Source of the DNA: an uncultured Prevotellaceae bacterium
GTDB lineage: Bacteria; Bacteroidota; Bacteroidia; Bacteroidales; Muribaculaceae
Direction: 5' to 3'
NCBI GenBank assembly: GCA_945921235.1
Contig: CAMEKH010000001.1
Span: 17,961 to 81,960 of the forward strand
Length of the DNA: 64,000 bases
A model generated the notes under the pieces. It did no database searches, was not told the DNA's origin, and saw only the letters and a program-made list of their open reading frames with translations. The position numbers were made by a program, and so were the translations under genes. Shown one piece after another: positions 9,914-19,570 of this stretch (position 1 is the first letter of the stretch; each line of letters opens with the position of its first letter).

Positions 9914-11206
9914 GTGTACGAACCTCTTGCAGAAAGAATGCGACCAAAGTCGCTAAATGATTATATAGGGCAAAAGCACCTTGTGGGTGAAGGTGCCGTG
10001 ATTCGACGTATGATAGAATCGGGCAATATTTCGTCGTTTATACTCTGGGGACCACCCGGAGTAGGAAAAACTACTTTGGCACGAATCATTGCCGAGCAGA
10101 CAAAATCATCGTTCTACACGCTATCAGCTGTAACATCGGGCGTAAAGGAAGTGCGTGAAGTGCTTGAACGATGCAAGGCCGATACTACAAGTATGTTCAC
10201 CAAAGGGCGTCCGATACTATTTATTGATGAAATACACCGATTCAATAAGTCGCAGCAAGATTCACTACTTGGAGCAGTGGAAAACGGAACAATCACTTTG
10301 ATTGGAGCCACCACCGAAAATCCATCATTTGAAGTTATTAGACCATTGTTGTCGCGGGCTCAAGTATATGTGCTTAAACCTCTTGAAAAAAACGATTTGC
10401 TTGAGTTGCTTGAGCGTGCATTGAAATATGATACACTTCTTGGCAAGATGCAGGTTGAAGTTAAGAGTACTGATGCTCTGTTACGCTATTCAGGAGGCGA
10501 CGCAAGAAAACTGCTGAATATACTCGACTTGATTTATCAATCCACGCCGGCAAATACGAGTCTTGTAATCAGTGATGAAATAGTCACAGAGAGTCTTCAA
10601 CAGAATCCTATGGCTTTCGACAAAAACGGCGAAATGCACTATGATATAATATCAGCTTTCATAAAATCAATAAGAGGCAGTGACCCCGATGCGGCAATAT
10701 ATTGGTTAGCAAGGTTGATAGCCGGGGGCGAGGACCCGAAATTTATAGCCCGCAGACTAATGATTTCGGCAAGTGAAGATATAGGTCTTGCAAATCCTAA
10801 TGCACTTCTACTCGCTAATGTTACTTTTGAATGCATTAATAAAATCGGTTGGCCTGAGGGGCGAATACCACTTGCTGAATGTGCTATTTATCTGGCAACA
10901 TCACCAAAAAGCAATTCAGCTTATATGGCAATAAATAATGCATTACAATTTGTGGAACAAACAGGTAATCTCCCTGTCCCCCTGCATTTGAGAAATGCTC
11001 CAACAAAATTGATGGAGCAACTTGGTTACGGTAAAGACTATAAATATGCTCACGATTACCCCGGTCATTTCATTCAGCAGGATTATTTGCCTCAAGAGGC
11101 AGGAAATGCTAAATTTTGGATAGCCGCTGATAATCAGCAGGAAGCCAAATTAAGCGAGCGAATGACACGACTATGGGGTGAAAAATTTATAAAAGATAAT
11201 GAATAA
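9914..11206 (+). CDS. rarA: Replication-associated recombination protein A (AAA+ ATPase)
   Basis: Conserved N-terminus PLAERMRPKSLNDYIGQ, Walker A GPPGVGKTT and Walker B FIDEIHRF. The start is ambiguous: TTG 9881 (ORF track), GTG 9914 (chosen, keeps the PLAERMRP box) or ATG 9938. Confidence 0.85.
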   Translation: MYEPLAERMRPKSLNDYIGQKHLVGEGAVIRRMIESGNISSFILWGPPGVGKTTLARIIAEQTKSSFYTLSAVTSGVKEVREVLERCKADTTSMFTKGRPILFIDEIHRFNKSQQDSLLGAVENGTITLIGATTENPSFEVIRPLLSRAQVYVLKPLEKNDLLELLERALKYDTLLGKMQVEVKSTDALLRYSGGDARKLLNILDLIYQSTPANTSLVISDEIVTESLQQNPMAFDKNGEMHYDIISAFIKSIRGSDPDAAIYWLARLIAGGEDPKFIARRLMISASEDIGLANPNALLLANVTFECINKIGWPEGRIPLAECAIYLATSPKSNSAYMAINNALQFVEQTGNLPVPLHLRNAPTKLMEQLGYGKDYKYAHDYPGHFIQQDYLPQEAGNAKFWIAADNQQEAKLSERMTRLWGEKFIKDNE

Positions 11207-11861
11207 ACTGAAAGAATCAATAATTAATCGGCACTCGGTGAGGGCTTATTCCGATAAGCATATTGAAGATGCTAAAGTAGCAGAACTTCAAGATATAATA
11301 TTAAAATACAATGCAGCAAGCGGATTGAATATGCAACTGATTACTGACGAACCGGAAGCCTTCAATTGCTTTCTTGCTCATTATGGAAAATTTAGAGGTG
11401 TAAGGAATTATATCGCTATGGTAGGGCCGAAAGACCAAAAAGAAGCATGTGGATATTATGGTGAAAGAATAGTACTTGCAGCTCAAGCAATGGGTTTAAA
11501 CACTTGTTGGGTAGGACTATCGTATAAAAAAGTAAAGCAACGCTACACGATTGGCAACGATGAGAAATTACATCTTTTAATCGCAATAGGCTATGGAACA
11601 TCGCAGGGAGTGTCACATCGGTCGAAAAGCGTTGCAGATGTGACAATATGTAAAGAAGAAATGCCCGATTGGTTCAAAGCAGGCGTGGAGGCTGCACTAT
11701 TGGCGCCCACTGCTATGAATCAGCAAAAATTTCGGTTTGAACTTATAGGAAATAAAGTAAAAGCGACTACATTTCCGGGATTTTACACAAAAATAGACCT
11801 TGGAATTGCAAAATGCCATTTTGAAATTGGAGCAGAGGTGGACAAAAGTATATGGCTATAA
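11199..11861 (+). CDS. Nitroreductase family protein
   Basis: 220 aa. It has the typical nitroreductase N-terminus (INRHSVRAY). Its ATG overlaps the rarA stop (ATGAATAA). Confidence 0.8.
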   Translation: MNKLKESIINRHSVRAYSDKHIEDAKVAELQDIILKYNAASGLNMQLITDEPEAFNCFLAHYGKFRGVRNYIAMVGPKDQKEACGYYGERIVLAAQAMGLNTCWVGLSYKKVKQRYTIGNDEKLHLLIAIGYGTSQGVSHRSKSVADVTICKEEMPDWFKAGVEAALLAPTAMNQQKFRFELIGNKVKATTFPGFYTKIDLGIAKCHFEIGAEVDKSIWL

Positions 11862-11954
11862 ACATTATTGACACAAAGGCACTTTTTTGAAGGATTTTTT
11901 GAAAAAATAAGGTAGGTTTTAGAGATAAAATTCGGATATGTGCCACAGTATTTG

Positions 11955-11962
11955 TATATTTG
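11955..11962 (+). promoter_or_regulatory. -7 box TATATTTG (alpha/beta hydrolase - murF-like - ddl unit)
   Basis: Exact TAnnTTTG match, 18 nt before ATG 11981. Confidence 0.55.
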
Positions 11963-11980
11963 CAAATTATTTTTCAAGAT

Positions 11981-12769
11981 ATGGAAAAATCTACAAATAT
12001 ACATGGTACAAGGTTGTTTTACACCGTTGAAGGCGAAGGTCAGCCGGTTATATTGATGCATGGCTGGGGTTGCAATCACACAACATTGAATAGCATTGAG
12101 AAGCAGCTTGTGCCTTATTTCAAGGTATATAATGTAGACTTCCCGGGGTTCGGCAATAGTAGCGAACCTGCCGAAGTGTGGGGCATAGAAGAATACACCT
12201 CATTAATAGAAGAATTCACAAAAGCTGAAGGAATCAATAACCCCATTATGTTAGGACATTCTTTTGGCGGTAGAGTGGGAATACTTTATTCTTCGCGCAA
12301 TAAAGTTAGGAAATTAATTCTTGTTGATGCTGCCGGAGTGAAGCCTCGTAGAAGTTTGAAATACTACTGCAAAGTATATAGCTATAAAGCCGTGAAGCAT
12401 ATACTATTATTCCTATTAGGAAAAGAAAAAGGAGAAAACGCTTTAAATCGTTATCGCGCTAAAGTAGGTTCGAGTGATTATTCAGGTGCATCGCCGAGAA
12501 TGCGAGCAATACTAAGCAAAGTAGTCAATGAGGATTTAAGAAGTGAAATGCCCAAAATAGAGTGCCCTACTCTGCTTATTTGGGGTTCAAACGACACTGC
12601 CACACCACTCAATGATGCAAAGATAATGGAACGATTAATTCCCGATGCAGGATTAGTGGCGTTTGAAGGCGTAGGTCATTATAGTTTTTTGGAAAATCCC
12701 TACCAATTTTCGGCAGTATTAAAGAGCTTTTTAAGTGAAGAAATTAAAACATCAACAGAAAATCAGTAA
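11981..12769 (+). CDS. Alpha/beta-fold hydrolase
   Basis: HGWG oxyanion motif and nucleophile elbow GHSFGG. The ORF-track start 11960 is a TTG inside the -7 box TATATTTG, so the first ATG (11981) is used. Confidence 0.8.
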   Translation: MEKSTNIHGTRLFYTVEGEGQPVILMHGWGCNHTTLNSIEKQLVPYFKVYNVDFPGFGNSSEPAEVWGIEEYTSLIEEFTKAEGINNPIMLGHSFGGRVGILYSSRNKVRKLILVDAAGVKPRRSLKYYCKVYSYKAVKHILLFLLGKEKGENALNRYRAKVGSSDYSGASPRMRAILSKVVNEDLRSEMPKIECPTLLIWGSNDTATPLNDAKIMERLIPDAGLVAFEGVGHYSFLENPYQFSAVLKSFLSEEIKTSTENQ

Positions 12770-12776
12770 CTGAATA

Positions 12777-14357
12777 ATGGACATTAAGTTAATTACCGAC
12801 ATATTATTTGCGCTCTCTGCAATCGCACTTATGCTTATTGAAATTAAGTGGGATATGCAAATGATGCAGCAGAACTCATATCGCAACGAACGTTTTACAA
12901 AATGGCTGAAGACGAGCAGTGAGTATGCAAGTAGCGGACGACTGATGAATCTTGTTTTGCTTATGCTTGCATTGTCTACATTTATGGATTCATGGATAGT
13001 GGAGATTATATTATCTGTGGCAATAATAGCAAAATGCATATCGGCACTAAAGAAAAAATATAAGAAGCCACTCGTATTCACTCGCAGGGTGTTGCGACTA
13101 TACATTACCGAATCGCTCGCTCTTATAGCCATAACAGTGTTAGTAGGATTTCTACGAAATCAAGTATTTGAAATCGGACTAATTTCATTGTTTGTTTCTA
13201 CATTCTCATATATGGCAACACTCGCATTCAATAATTTGCTAAAACCCGTAGAACAATTTATCAACGACAAGTATGTAAAAGATGCAAAACGTATTCTTGC
13301 ACAAATGCCGGATATGAAAATTATTGGTATAACAGGCAGTTATGGCAAAACGAGTACAAAGCATTATCTTTATCGAATATTATCGGAGAAATACTCGGTG
13401 TTGATGACTCCGGGTAGCTACAACACACCTATGGGAGTAGTGCGTACTGTGAGAGAAATGCTTCAGCCCTACAATGACGTATTCATTGTGGAAATGGGAG
13501 CGAAGAACATTGGAGATATTAAAGAAATATGCGATATCGTTCACCCTCAAATGGGAATCGTAACTGCTGTAGGAGCACAACATCTTGAATCTTTTAAAAC
13601 GATAGAAAATGTTCAGCGCACAAAATTTGAATTGATTGATGCGTTGCCCTCCGATGGATTTGCAGTGATTAATAATGATTTTGAATACGTTGCCAACAGA
13701 AAGGTAGATAACGTGGAGGTAAAGCGTTACACGGTGATGCCCAAAGATGCCGGCGATTATCATGTTGAAGACATTTCATATAGTGCATCGGGGACACAAT
13801 TCACTATTGTAGGCTGTGATAAGCGCATAGAACTAACTACTCGCCTTGTAGGTGAATGCAATATCTCCAATCTCCTTGCTGCTGTGATTATAGCAATGAA
13901 ACTTGGGGTGGAAGAACAGAAAATCAAGTATGCTGTAAGCAGAATAGAGCAAGTTGAACATAGACTGAACATTAAGCGAACATCAACAGGAATCACTATA
14001 ATAGATGATGCATTCAATTCCAACCCTGACGGCTCGAGAATGGCTCTTGATGTGCTTGCAGGTATGACAAATGGCAAACGCATAGTAATAACGCCGGGAA
14101 TGATTGAATTAGGCTCCAAACAAGAATATTTCAATGAATTATTCGGTGAGCATATAGCATCGGCGTGCGATATTGCAATAATTGTAGGGCAATATAATCG
14201 TGAATCGATAGTGAAAGGTATGAACAGAAAAGGAATGGACAAGAGCAAAATACACACAGTAAGCACATTCGCCGAAGCTCAAAAATTAATGCTGAGCCTA
14301 GCGAAAGCCGGTGATGCTGTGTTGTATGAAAATGACCTGCCCGACTCTTTTAAATAA
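12777..14357 (+). CDS. murF: MurF-like Mur ligase (UDP-MurNAc-tripeptide--D-Ala-D-Ala ligase family) with an N-terminal multi-pass membrane domain
   Basis: 526 aa. Residues 1 to about 165 contain 4-5 hydrophobic helices. The rest is a Mur ligase: ATP loop GITGSYGKTSTK, and C-terminal DDAFNSNPDGS as in MurF (DDxYNANP). Confidence 0.75.
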   Translation: MDIKLITDILFALSAIALMLIEIKWDMQMMQQNSYRNERFTKWLKTSSEYASSGRLMNLVLLMLALSTFMDSWIVEIILSVAIIAKCISALKKKYKKPLVFTRRVLRLYITESLALIAITVLVGFLRNQVFEIGLISLFVSTFSYMATLAFNNLLKPVEQFINDKYVKDAKRILAQMPDMKIIGITGSYGKTSTKHYLYRILSEKYSVLMTPGSYNTPMGVVRTVREMLQPYNDVFIVEMGAKNIGDIKEICDIVHPQMGIVTAVGAQHLESFKTIENVQRTKFELIDALPSDGFAVINNDFEYVANRKVDNVEVKRYTVMPKDAGDYHVEDISYSASGTQFTIVGCDKRIELTTRLVGECNISNLLAAVIIAMKLGVEEQKIKYAVSRIEQVEHRLNIKRTSTGITIIDDAFNSNPDGSRMALDVLAGMTNGKRIVITPGMIELGSKQEYFNELFGEHIASACDIAIIVGQYNRESIVKGMNRKGMDKSKIHTVSTFAEAQKLMLSLAKAGDAVLYENDLPDSFK

Positions 14358-14394
14358 CAAGAATTAACAGGTAAAAATCAATATATACAAGAAA

Positions 14395-15582
14395 ATGAAG
14401 ACAAATATCGGAGTATTCTTTGGCGGACGTTCAACGGAACACGAAATTTCAGTAATTTCAGCATCGCAAGCAATGCATGCGATTAACCGCGAGAAATATA
14501 ATGTGACCCCCATATATATAACAAAGCAAGGTAGATGGTACACAGGAGATGCTCTACTTGATGTAGCTAATTATCGTGATGTACCGGCATTACTTAAAAA
14601 TGTAGAAGAGGTGTATATGGAGCCGTGCTATGGCGATTACAACTTGTATCGAAAGAAAAAACCAATGTTTGGCTCAAATGTCCTTACGCACCTTGATGTA
14701 GTGATTCCCGTGCTTCATGGCTCAAATGGAGAAGATGGTATCTTTGAGGGCGTTCTTGAAACCATAGGAATACCCTACGCCGGTTGCAACACTCTATCGA
14801 GTGCAAACGGAATGGATAAAATCACAATGAAAATGATACTACAAGCATGTGATATTCCCGTGGTTGATTATGTGTGGTTCACCGATAAGCAGTGGTTTGC
14901 ACAGCGTGAGGAATTAATTAATAAGATTGAAACAAAGATAGGATATCCGGTTATTGTAAAGCCGGCAAATCTCGGCTCGAGCGTCGGCATAGGACGTGCC
15001 ACTAATCGCGAGGAACTGATTGAGCGCATTGACGGTGCTGAAATATATTCAACGAGAATCATAGTTGAAGATATGGTTGAAGAATTGCAAGAAATAAACT
15101 GCTCGGTTCTCGGTGATTGCGATGAATATCAGCCTTCGGTTCTTGAAGAGCCGATAAAGAGCGGTGAAATTCTTTCCTATGAAGACAAATACATGGGAGG
15201 CACAAAAGGTACGAAAGGTATGCAAGCCTCGCAAAAGCGCATTCCGGCAGAATTGCCCGAAGATGAAACAAAGCGCATTCAGCACCTTGCCTGTGAAACA
15301 TTCCGTGTGTTATCATGCCATGGCGTAAGCCGAGTTGACGTAATCGTCGACCGTAAGACGCGCAATATCTATGTGAATGAAATAAACACAATACCCGGCT
15401 CACTGTCCTTCTATCTATGGGAAGCTACCGGAATTTCCTTTAAGCAATTAATGGACCGTCTTGTTCAGCTTGCACTGAAGCGCAAGCGTGAACAAGGAAT
15501 GAAAACCGTGAGCTACGACCACAATATTTTCAGCCTTGGCGGTGGAATTAAAGGAGGGAAAACCGGTAAGTTAGGAAAATAG
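14395..15582 (+). CDS. ddl: D-alanine--D-alanine ligase, long form
   Basis: 395 aa. ATP-grasp Ddl motifs are present: GGRSTEHEISVISA, HGSNGEDG, VIVKPANLGSSVG, EINTIPG. It has an extra Gly/Lys insert (GGTKGTKGMQAS) and a Gly/Lys-rich C-terminal tail. Confidence 0.85.
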   Translation: MKTNIGVFFGGRSTEHEISVISASQAMHAINREKYNVTPIYITKQGRWYTGDALLDVANYRDVPALLKNVEEVYMEPCYGDYNLYRKKKPMFGSNVLTHLDVVIPVLHGSNGEDGIFEGVLETIGIPYAGCNTLSSANGMDKITMKMILQACDIPVVDYVWFTDKQWFAQREELINKIETKIGYPVIVKPANLGSSVGIGRATNREELIERIDGAEIYSTRIIVEDMVEELQEINCSVLGDCDEYQPSVLEEPIKSGEILSYEDKYMGGTKGTKGMQASQKRIPAELPEDETKRIQHLACETFRVLSCHGVSRVDVIVDRKTRNIYVNEINTIPGSLSFYLWEATGISFKQLMDRLVQLALKRKREQGMKTVSYDHNIFSLGGGIKGGKTGKLGK

Positions 15583-15594
15583 CGAATTTTTATG

Positions 15595-15602
15595 TAAGTT
15601 TG
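15595..15602 (+). promoter_or_regulatory. -7 box TAAGTTTG (ileS)
   Basis: Exact TAnnTTTG match, 37 nt before ATG 15640. Confidence 0.55.
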
Positions 15603-15639
15603 CATAAATAATTAATATTAATATAGCTGATATACATAT

Positions 15640-18600
15640 ATGAATAGAAAATTCAACGAATATAACAAGTTTAATCTCTCTGATATAAACAAAGAAGTTC
15701 TAAGTAAATGGGACGATGAGAATGTATTTGAAAGGAGCATAAAAGAACGTGATGGAGCACCATCTTTTGTGTTTTTCGAAGGACCTCCATCGGCAAATGG
15801 TATGCCCGGTATTCATCATGTAATGGCGCGAACTATAAAAGATATTATATGCCGATTTAAAACAATGAAAGGCTATCAAGTGATGCGCAAAGCCGGCTGG
15901 GACACTCACGGACTTCCCGTAGAACTTGGAGTGGAGAAAGCACTTGGTATAACGAAAGAAGATATCGGAGGTAAAATTTCGGTAGATGACTATAATGCAG
16001 CATGCCGCAAAGAGGTGATGAAGTACACAAAAGAATGGGAAGACCTGACTCACAAAATGGGTTATTGGGTAGATATGCAAAACCCTTACATCACCTATGA
16101 AAACAGCTATATAGAAACACTTTGGTGGCTTCTTAAGCAATTATACAATAAAGGCTTACTCTACAAAGGATATACTATTCAGCCTTATTCACCCGCTGCA
16201 GGAACAGGATTAAGCTCACATGAGCTTAACCAACCCGGTTGTTATCGCGATGTGAAAGACACTACAGTGACAGCACAATTCACTGTGGTAGATAATGGCA
16301 ATAAAATTATTGAAACGATAAAAGAGAAAGCCCGTGAAGGCTTTAAAGACAATATCTGCATTATTGCATGGACCACTACCCCATGGACATTACCATCGAA
16401 CACCGCATTGTGTGTTGGTCCCAAGATAGAATATGTAGCTATAGAGACATTCAATCCTTACAATGGCACTCCAATGGTATGTATTATGGCAAAAGAGCGA
16501 ATCAGCGCTTATTTTGCAACTGATGGTGCCACAAAAGAATTTTCGGAATATACCGCAGGTGATAAAGTGGTTCCGTATAGAGTGATTGCCCATTTCACCG
16601 GAGCGGAGCTTGTAGGTATAAAGTACAAGCAATTGTTCCCGTGGGTGAAACCCGTGGATAAAATCGATGATAAAATCGTAATCAACGAAAATGGATTTAG
16701 AGTAATCCCGGGTGATTACGTTACTACTGAAGATGGTACGGGCATTGTACACATAGCTCCTACTTTCGGAGCCGATGATGCGTTTGTGGCTAAAGCGGCA
16801 GGCATTCCATCGTTATTTATGATTAACAAAAAGATGGAAACTCGTCCTATGGTTGACTTCTCGGGCAAATATTGGGAAATGGCTGAACTCGACGAGGATT
16901 TTGTATATAATTGCATCGATAAAGAACTATATAAGGAATATGAGGGCGAATATGTGAAAAATGCATATTCACCCAAATATAATATCAATGGGAAATACGA
17001 TGAAAAGGCTGCATCGAAAGATGAAGACCTCAATGTGGTGATTTGTATGCGAATGAAGCAAGCAGGTACTGCATTCAAAATTGAGAAGCATGTGCACAAC
17101 TATCCACACTGCTGGCGCACAGATAAACCCATTCTTTATTATCCGCTCGATAGTTGGTTCATTAAATCAACAGCATGCAAAGAACGCATGGTTGAACTCA
17201 ACAAAACAATAAAGTGGAAACCTGAGCACACAGGAACAGGTCGTTTCGGTAAATGGCTCGAGAATCTTAATGATTGGAACTTAAGTCGTAGTCGCTATTG
17301 GGGTACGCCGTTGCCTATTTGGCGTAGTGATGATAAAGAAGAGAAGTGCATAGGAAGCGTTCAAGAGCTTTATAACGAGATTGAGAAATCAGTGGCTGCG
17401 GGCTTTATGAAAAGTAACCCCTACAAGGATAAAGGATTTGTGCCGGGTGATTACAGTAAAGAGAATTATGATAAAATCGACTTACATCGTCCTTATGTTG
17501 ATTATATAATACTTGTATCAGAGAGTGGTAAGCCAATGAAACGAGAGCTTGACCTTATTGATGTGTGGTTTGACTCCGGTTCTATGCCTTACGCACAGGT
17601 TCATTACCCATTTGAAAACAAAGAGGCACTCGACAAGCACATTATTTATCCGGCTGATTTCATTGCTGAAGGTGTAGACCAAACCCGTGGCTGGTTTTTC
17701 ACATTACACGCAATTGCAACTATGGTATTCGATAGTGTAGCATATAAATCAGTTATTTCCAATGGTCTTGTTCTCGACAAAAACGGGAATAAAATGAGTA
17801 AACGACTTGGTAATGCTGTTGACCCATTTGGTGCAATTGATAAATATGGAACCGACCCATTACGCTGGTATATGATTTCCAATTCATCACCATGGGAAAA
17901 CTTAAAGTTCGATACCGATGGTGTAGAGGAAGTGAGCAGAAAATTCTTCGGCACTTTGTATAACACTTACTCATTTTTTGCACTTTATGCCAATGTAGAT
18001 GGATTTGATAATTCCCGTCCTCAATTACCAATAGCAGAACGCCCGGAAATAGACCGTTGGATTATTTCTTTGCTTAACTCATTGATAATAGAGGTAAATA
18101 AGCAACTTGATGATTATGAACCTACGAAGGCTGCACGAGCAATAGCTGAATTTGTAGGCGACAATCTTAGCAATTGGTATGTCCGCTTAAATCGCAAGCG
18201 ATTCTGGGGAGGCGAAATGAATAACGATAAACTTGCAGCATATCAGACGCTTTACACATGCCTTGAAACCATATCGCTACTGATTGCTCCAATTGCTCCA
18301 TTCTATGCCGATAAGCTATATCGCGACTTAAAGACTGCCACATGCGACCAACCGACATCGGTTCACCTGGCTCGATTCCCCGAAGCCGACACAAGTGTGA
18401 TAAACAAGACGCTTGAAGAGCAGATGAAAGTGGCGCAAGACTGCACATCAATGGTACTTGCTCTGCGCCGTAAAGCCAACCTCAAAGTGCGCCAGCCGCT
18501 GAGCACAATAATGGTGCCCGTGCTCAACGAAACGCAAAAGGCTGATATCGAAGCTATGAGCGGATTGATTCTTAGCGAAGTGAACGTAAAAGGGCTGAAA

Positions 18601-19155
18601 TTTGTAGGTAATGAAGATGGTGTTCTTGTCAAAAAAGTAAAGCCCGACTTTAAGAAACTCGGACCGAAATATGGCAAAATAATGAAGCAACTTGCAAAAT
18701 TCATTGCCGAGATGAGCCAAGCAGACATCATTTCATTCGAGAAAAACGGCTCGTTTACTTTCGATATAGATGGGACACTTGCCACAGTATCGACCGATGA
18801 TGTAGAAATCATATCGGAGGATATTCCCGGCTGGCTTGTAGCAAACGAAGGAAATCTTACCATAGCACTTGATATAACAGTGACCGAGAGCCTGAAGCGT
18901 GAAGGAATTGCAAGAGAAATTGTTAATAGAATCCAGAATATCCGCAAGGATAAGGATTTTGATATTACCGACCGCATAAAAGTGGAAATCTCAAGTAATG
19001 CAAACTCCGATGCAGCTATTGATGAATATAATGAATACATATCCAAGCAAGTGCTTGCCGATGAATTGAAGATTGCCGATACTTCTAATGCCACCGACAA
19101 AATCGAGCTTGATATGGACGATTATAAGCTATTTGTCATTGTGACAAAATCTTAA
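15640..19155 (+). CDS. ileS: Isoleucine--tRNA ligase (type 2, long)
   Basis: 1171 aa. It has a class-I HIGH-type motif (PSANGMPGIHH), KMSKRL and a CP1 editing insertion. Confidence 0.97.
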   Translation: MNRKFNEYNKFNLSDINKEVLSKWDDENVFERSIKERDGAPSFVFFEGPPSANGMPGIHHVMARTIKDIICRFKTMKGYQVMRKAGWDTHGLPVELGVEKALGITKEDIGGKISVDDYNAACRKEVMKYTKEWEDLTHKMGYWVDMQNPYITYENSYIETLWWLLKQLYNKGLLYKGYTIQPYSPAAGTGLSSHELNQPGCYRDVKDTTVTAQFTVVDNGNKIIETIKEKAREGFKDNICIIAWTTTPWTLPSNTALCVGPKIEYVAIETFNPYNGTPMVCIMAKERISAYFATDGATKEFSEYTAGDKVVPYRVIAHFTGAELVGIKYKQLFPWVKPVDKIDDKIVINENGFRVIPGDYVTTEDGTGIVHIAPTFGADDAFVAKAAGIPSLFMINKKMETRPMVDFSGKYWEMAELDEDFVYNCIDKELYKEYEGEYVKNAYSPKYNINGKYDEKAASKDEDLNVVICMRMKQAGTAFKIEKHVHNYPHCWRTDKPILYYPLDSWFIKSTACKERMVELNKTIKWKPEHTGTGRFGKWLENLNDWNLSRSRYWGTPLPIWRSDDKEEKCIGSVQELYNEIEKSVAAGFMKSNPYKDKGFVPGDYSKENYDKIDLHRPYVDYIILVSESGKPMKRELDLIDVWFDSGSMPYAQVHYPFENKEALDKHIIYPADFIAEGVDQTRGWFFTLHAIATMVFDSVAYKSVISNGLVLDKNGNKMSKRLGNAVDPFGAIDKYGTDPLRWYMISNSSPWENLKFDTDGVEEVSRKFFGTLYNTYSFFALYANVDGFDNSRPQLPIAERPEIDRWIISLLNSLIIEVNKQLDDYEPTKAARAIAEFVGDNLSNWYVRLNRKRFWGGEMNNDKLAAYQTLYTCLETISLLIAPIAPFYADKLYRDLKTATCDQPTSVHLARFPEADTSVINKTLEEQMKVAQDCTSMVLALRRKANLKVRQPLSTIMVPVLNETQKADIEAMSGLILSEVNVKGLKFVGNEDGVLVKKVKPDFKKLGPKYGKIMKQLAKFIAEMSQADIISFEKNGSFTFDIDGTLATVSTDDVEIISEDIPGWLVANEGNLTIALDITVTESLKREGIAREIVNRIQNIRKDKDFDITDRIKVEISSNANSDAAIDEYNEYISKQVLADELKIADTSNATDKIELDMDDYKLFVIVTKS

Positions 19156-19181
19156 ACTAACCATTAAAACTAAACAATCTT

Positions 19182-19568
19182 ATGAGCGAAAAAACACGTT
19201 ATTCCGACGAAGAATTGCAAGAATTCAAAGAATTGATTCTTGCAAAACTTGACAAGGCTTACAAAGATTATGAGCTTCTGCGCTCAAATGTGATGAATAC
19301 CGACGGAAATGATACTTCCGATACATCGCCTACATTCAAAGTACTTGAAGAAGGGGCCAACACACTTGGGAAAGAGGAAGCCGGTCAATTGGCTCAGCGC
19401 CAAATGAAATTCATTCAGAAGTTACAAGCGGCGTTGGTCAGAATAGAGAATAAGACATATGGAGTGTGCAGGGCAACAGGCAAACTGATTCCTAAAGAGA
19501 GATTAAGAGCTGTGCCACATGCTACGCTTGCTATTGAAGTAAAAAACAACGATAACCGTAAAGATTGA
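19182..19568 (+). CDS. DksA/TraR family regulator (single-Cys variant)
   Basis: 128 aa with a coiled-coil N-terminal part. The C-terminal motif is YGVCRATGKLIPKERLRAVPHATL, in which three of the four canonical zinc Cys are missing. It sits in the conserved ileS-dksA-lspA position. Confidence 0.8.
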   Translation: MSEKTRYSDEELQEFKELILAKLDKAYKDYELLRSNVMNTDGNDTSDTSPTFKVLEEGANTLGKEEAGQLAQRQMKFIQKLQAALVRIENKTYGVCRATGKLIPKERLRAVPHATLAIEVKNNDNRKD

Positions 19569-19570
19569 GA

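Noticed and set aside
15583-15639. Looked for T-box or other leaders upstream of ileS, and similarly upstream of glnS at 28540-28576.
   Set aside because: The spacers are 57 and 37 nt with no stem-loops. They are incompatible with a T-box.
18363-19100. A 245-aa minus-strand ORF. Similar antisense ORFs occur at 1079-1678, 13760-14266 and 22426-22908.
   Set aside because: These are shadow ORFs inside ileS, gltB, murF-like and hisH. They have no start context, no promoter box and no recognisable domains.
19182-19568. The DksA/TraR protein lacking three of the four zinc-finger Cys.
   Set aside because: Cys-free or Cys-poor DksA variants are known (for example DksA2-type). My recollection is that this form is the norm at the ileS-lspA locus in Bacteroidota, so it is not unusual.
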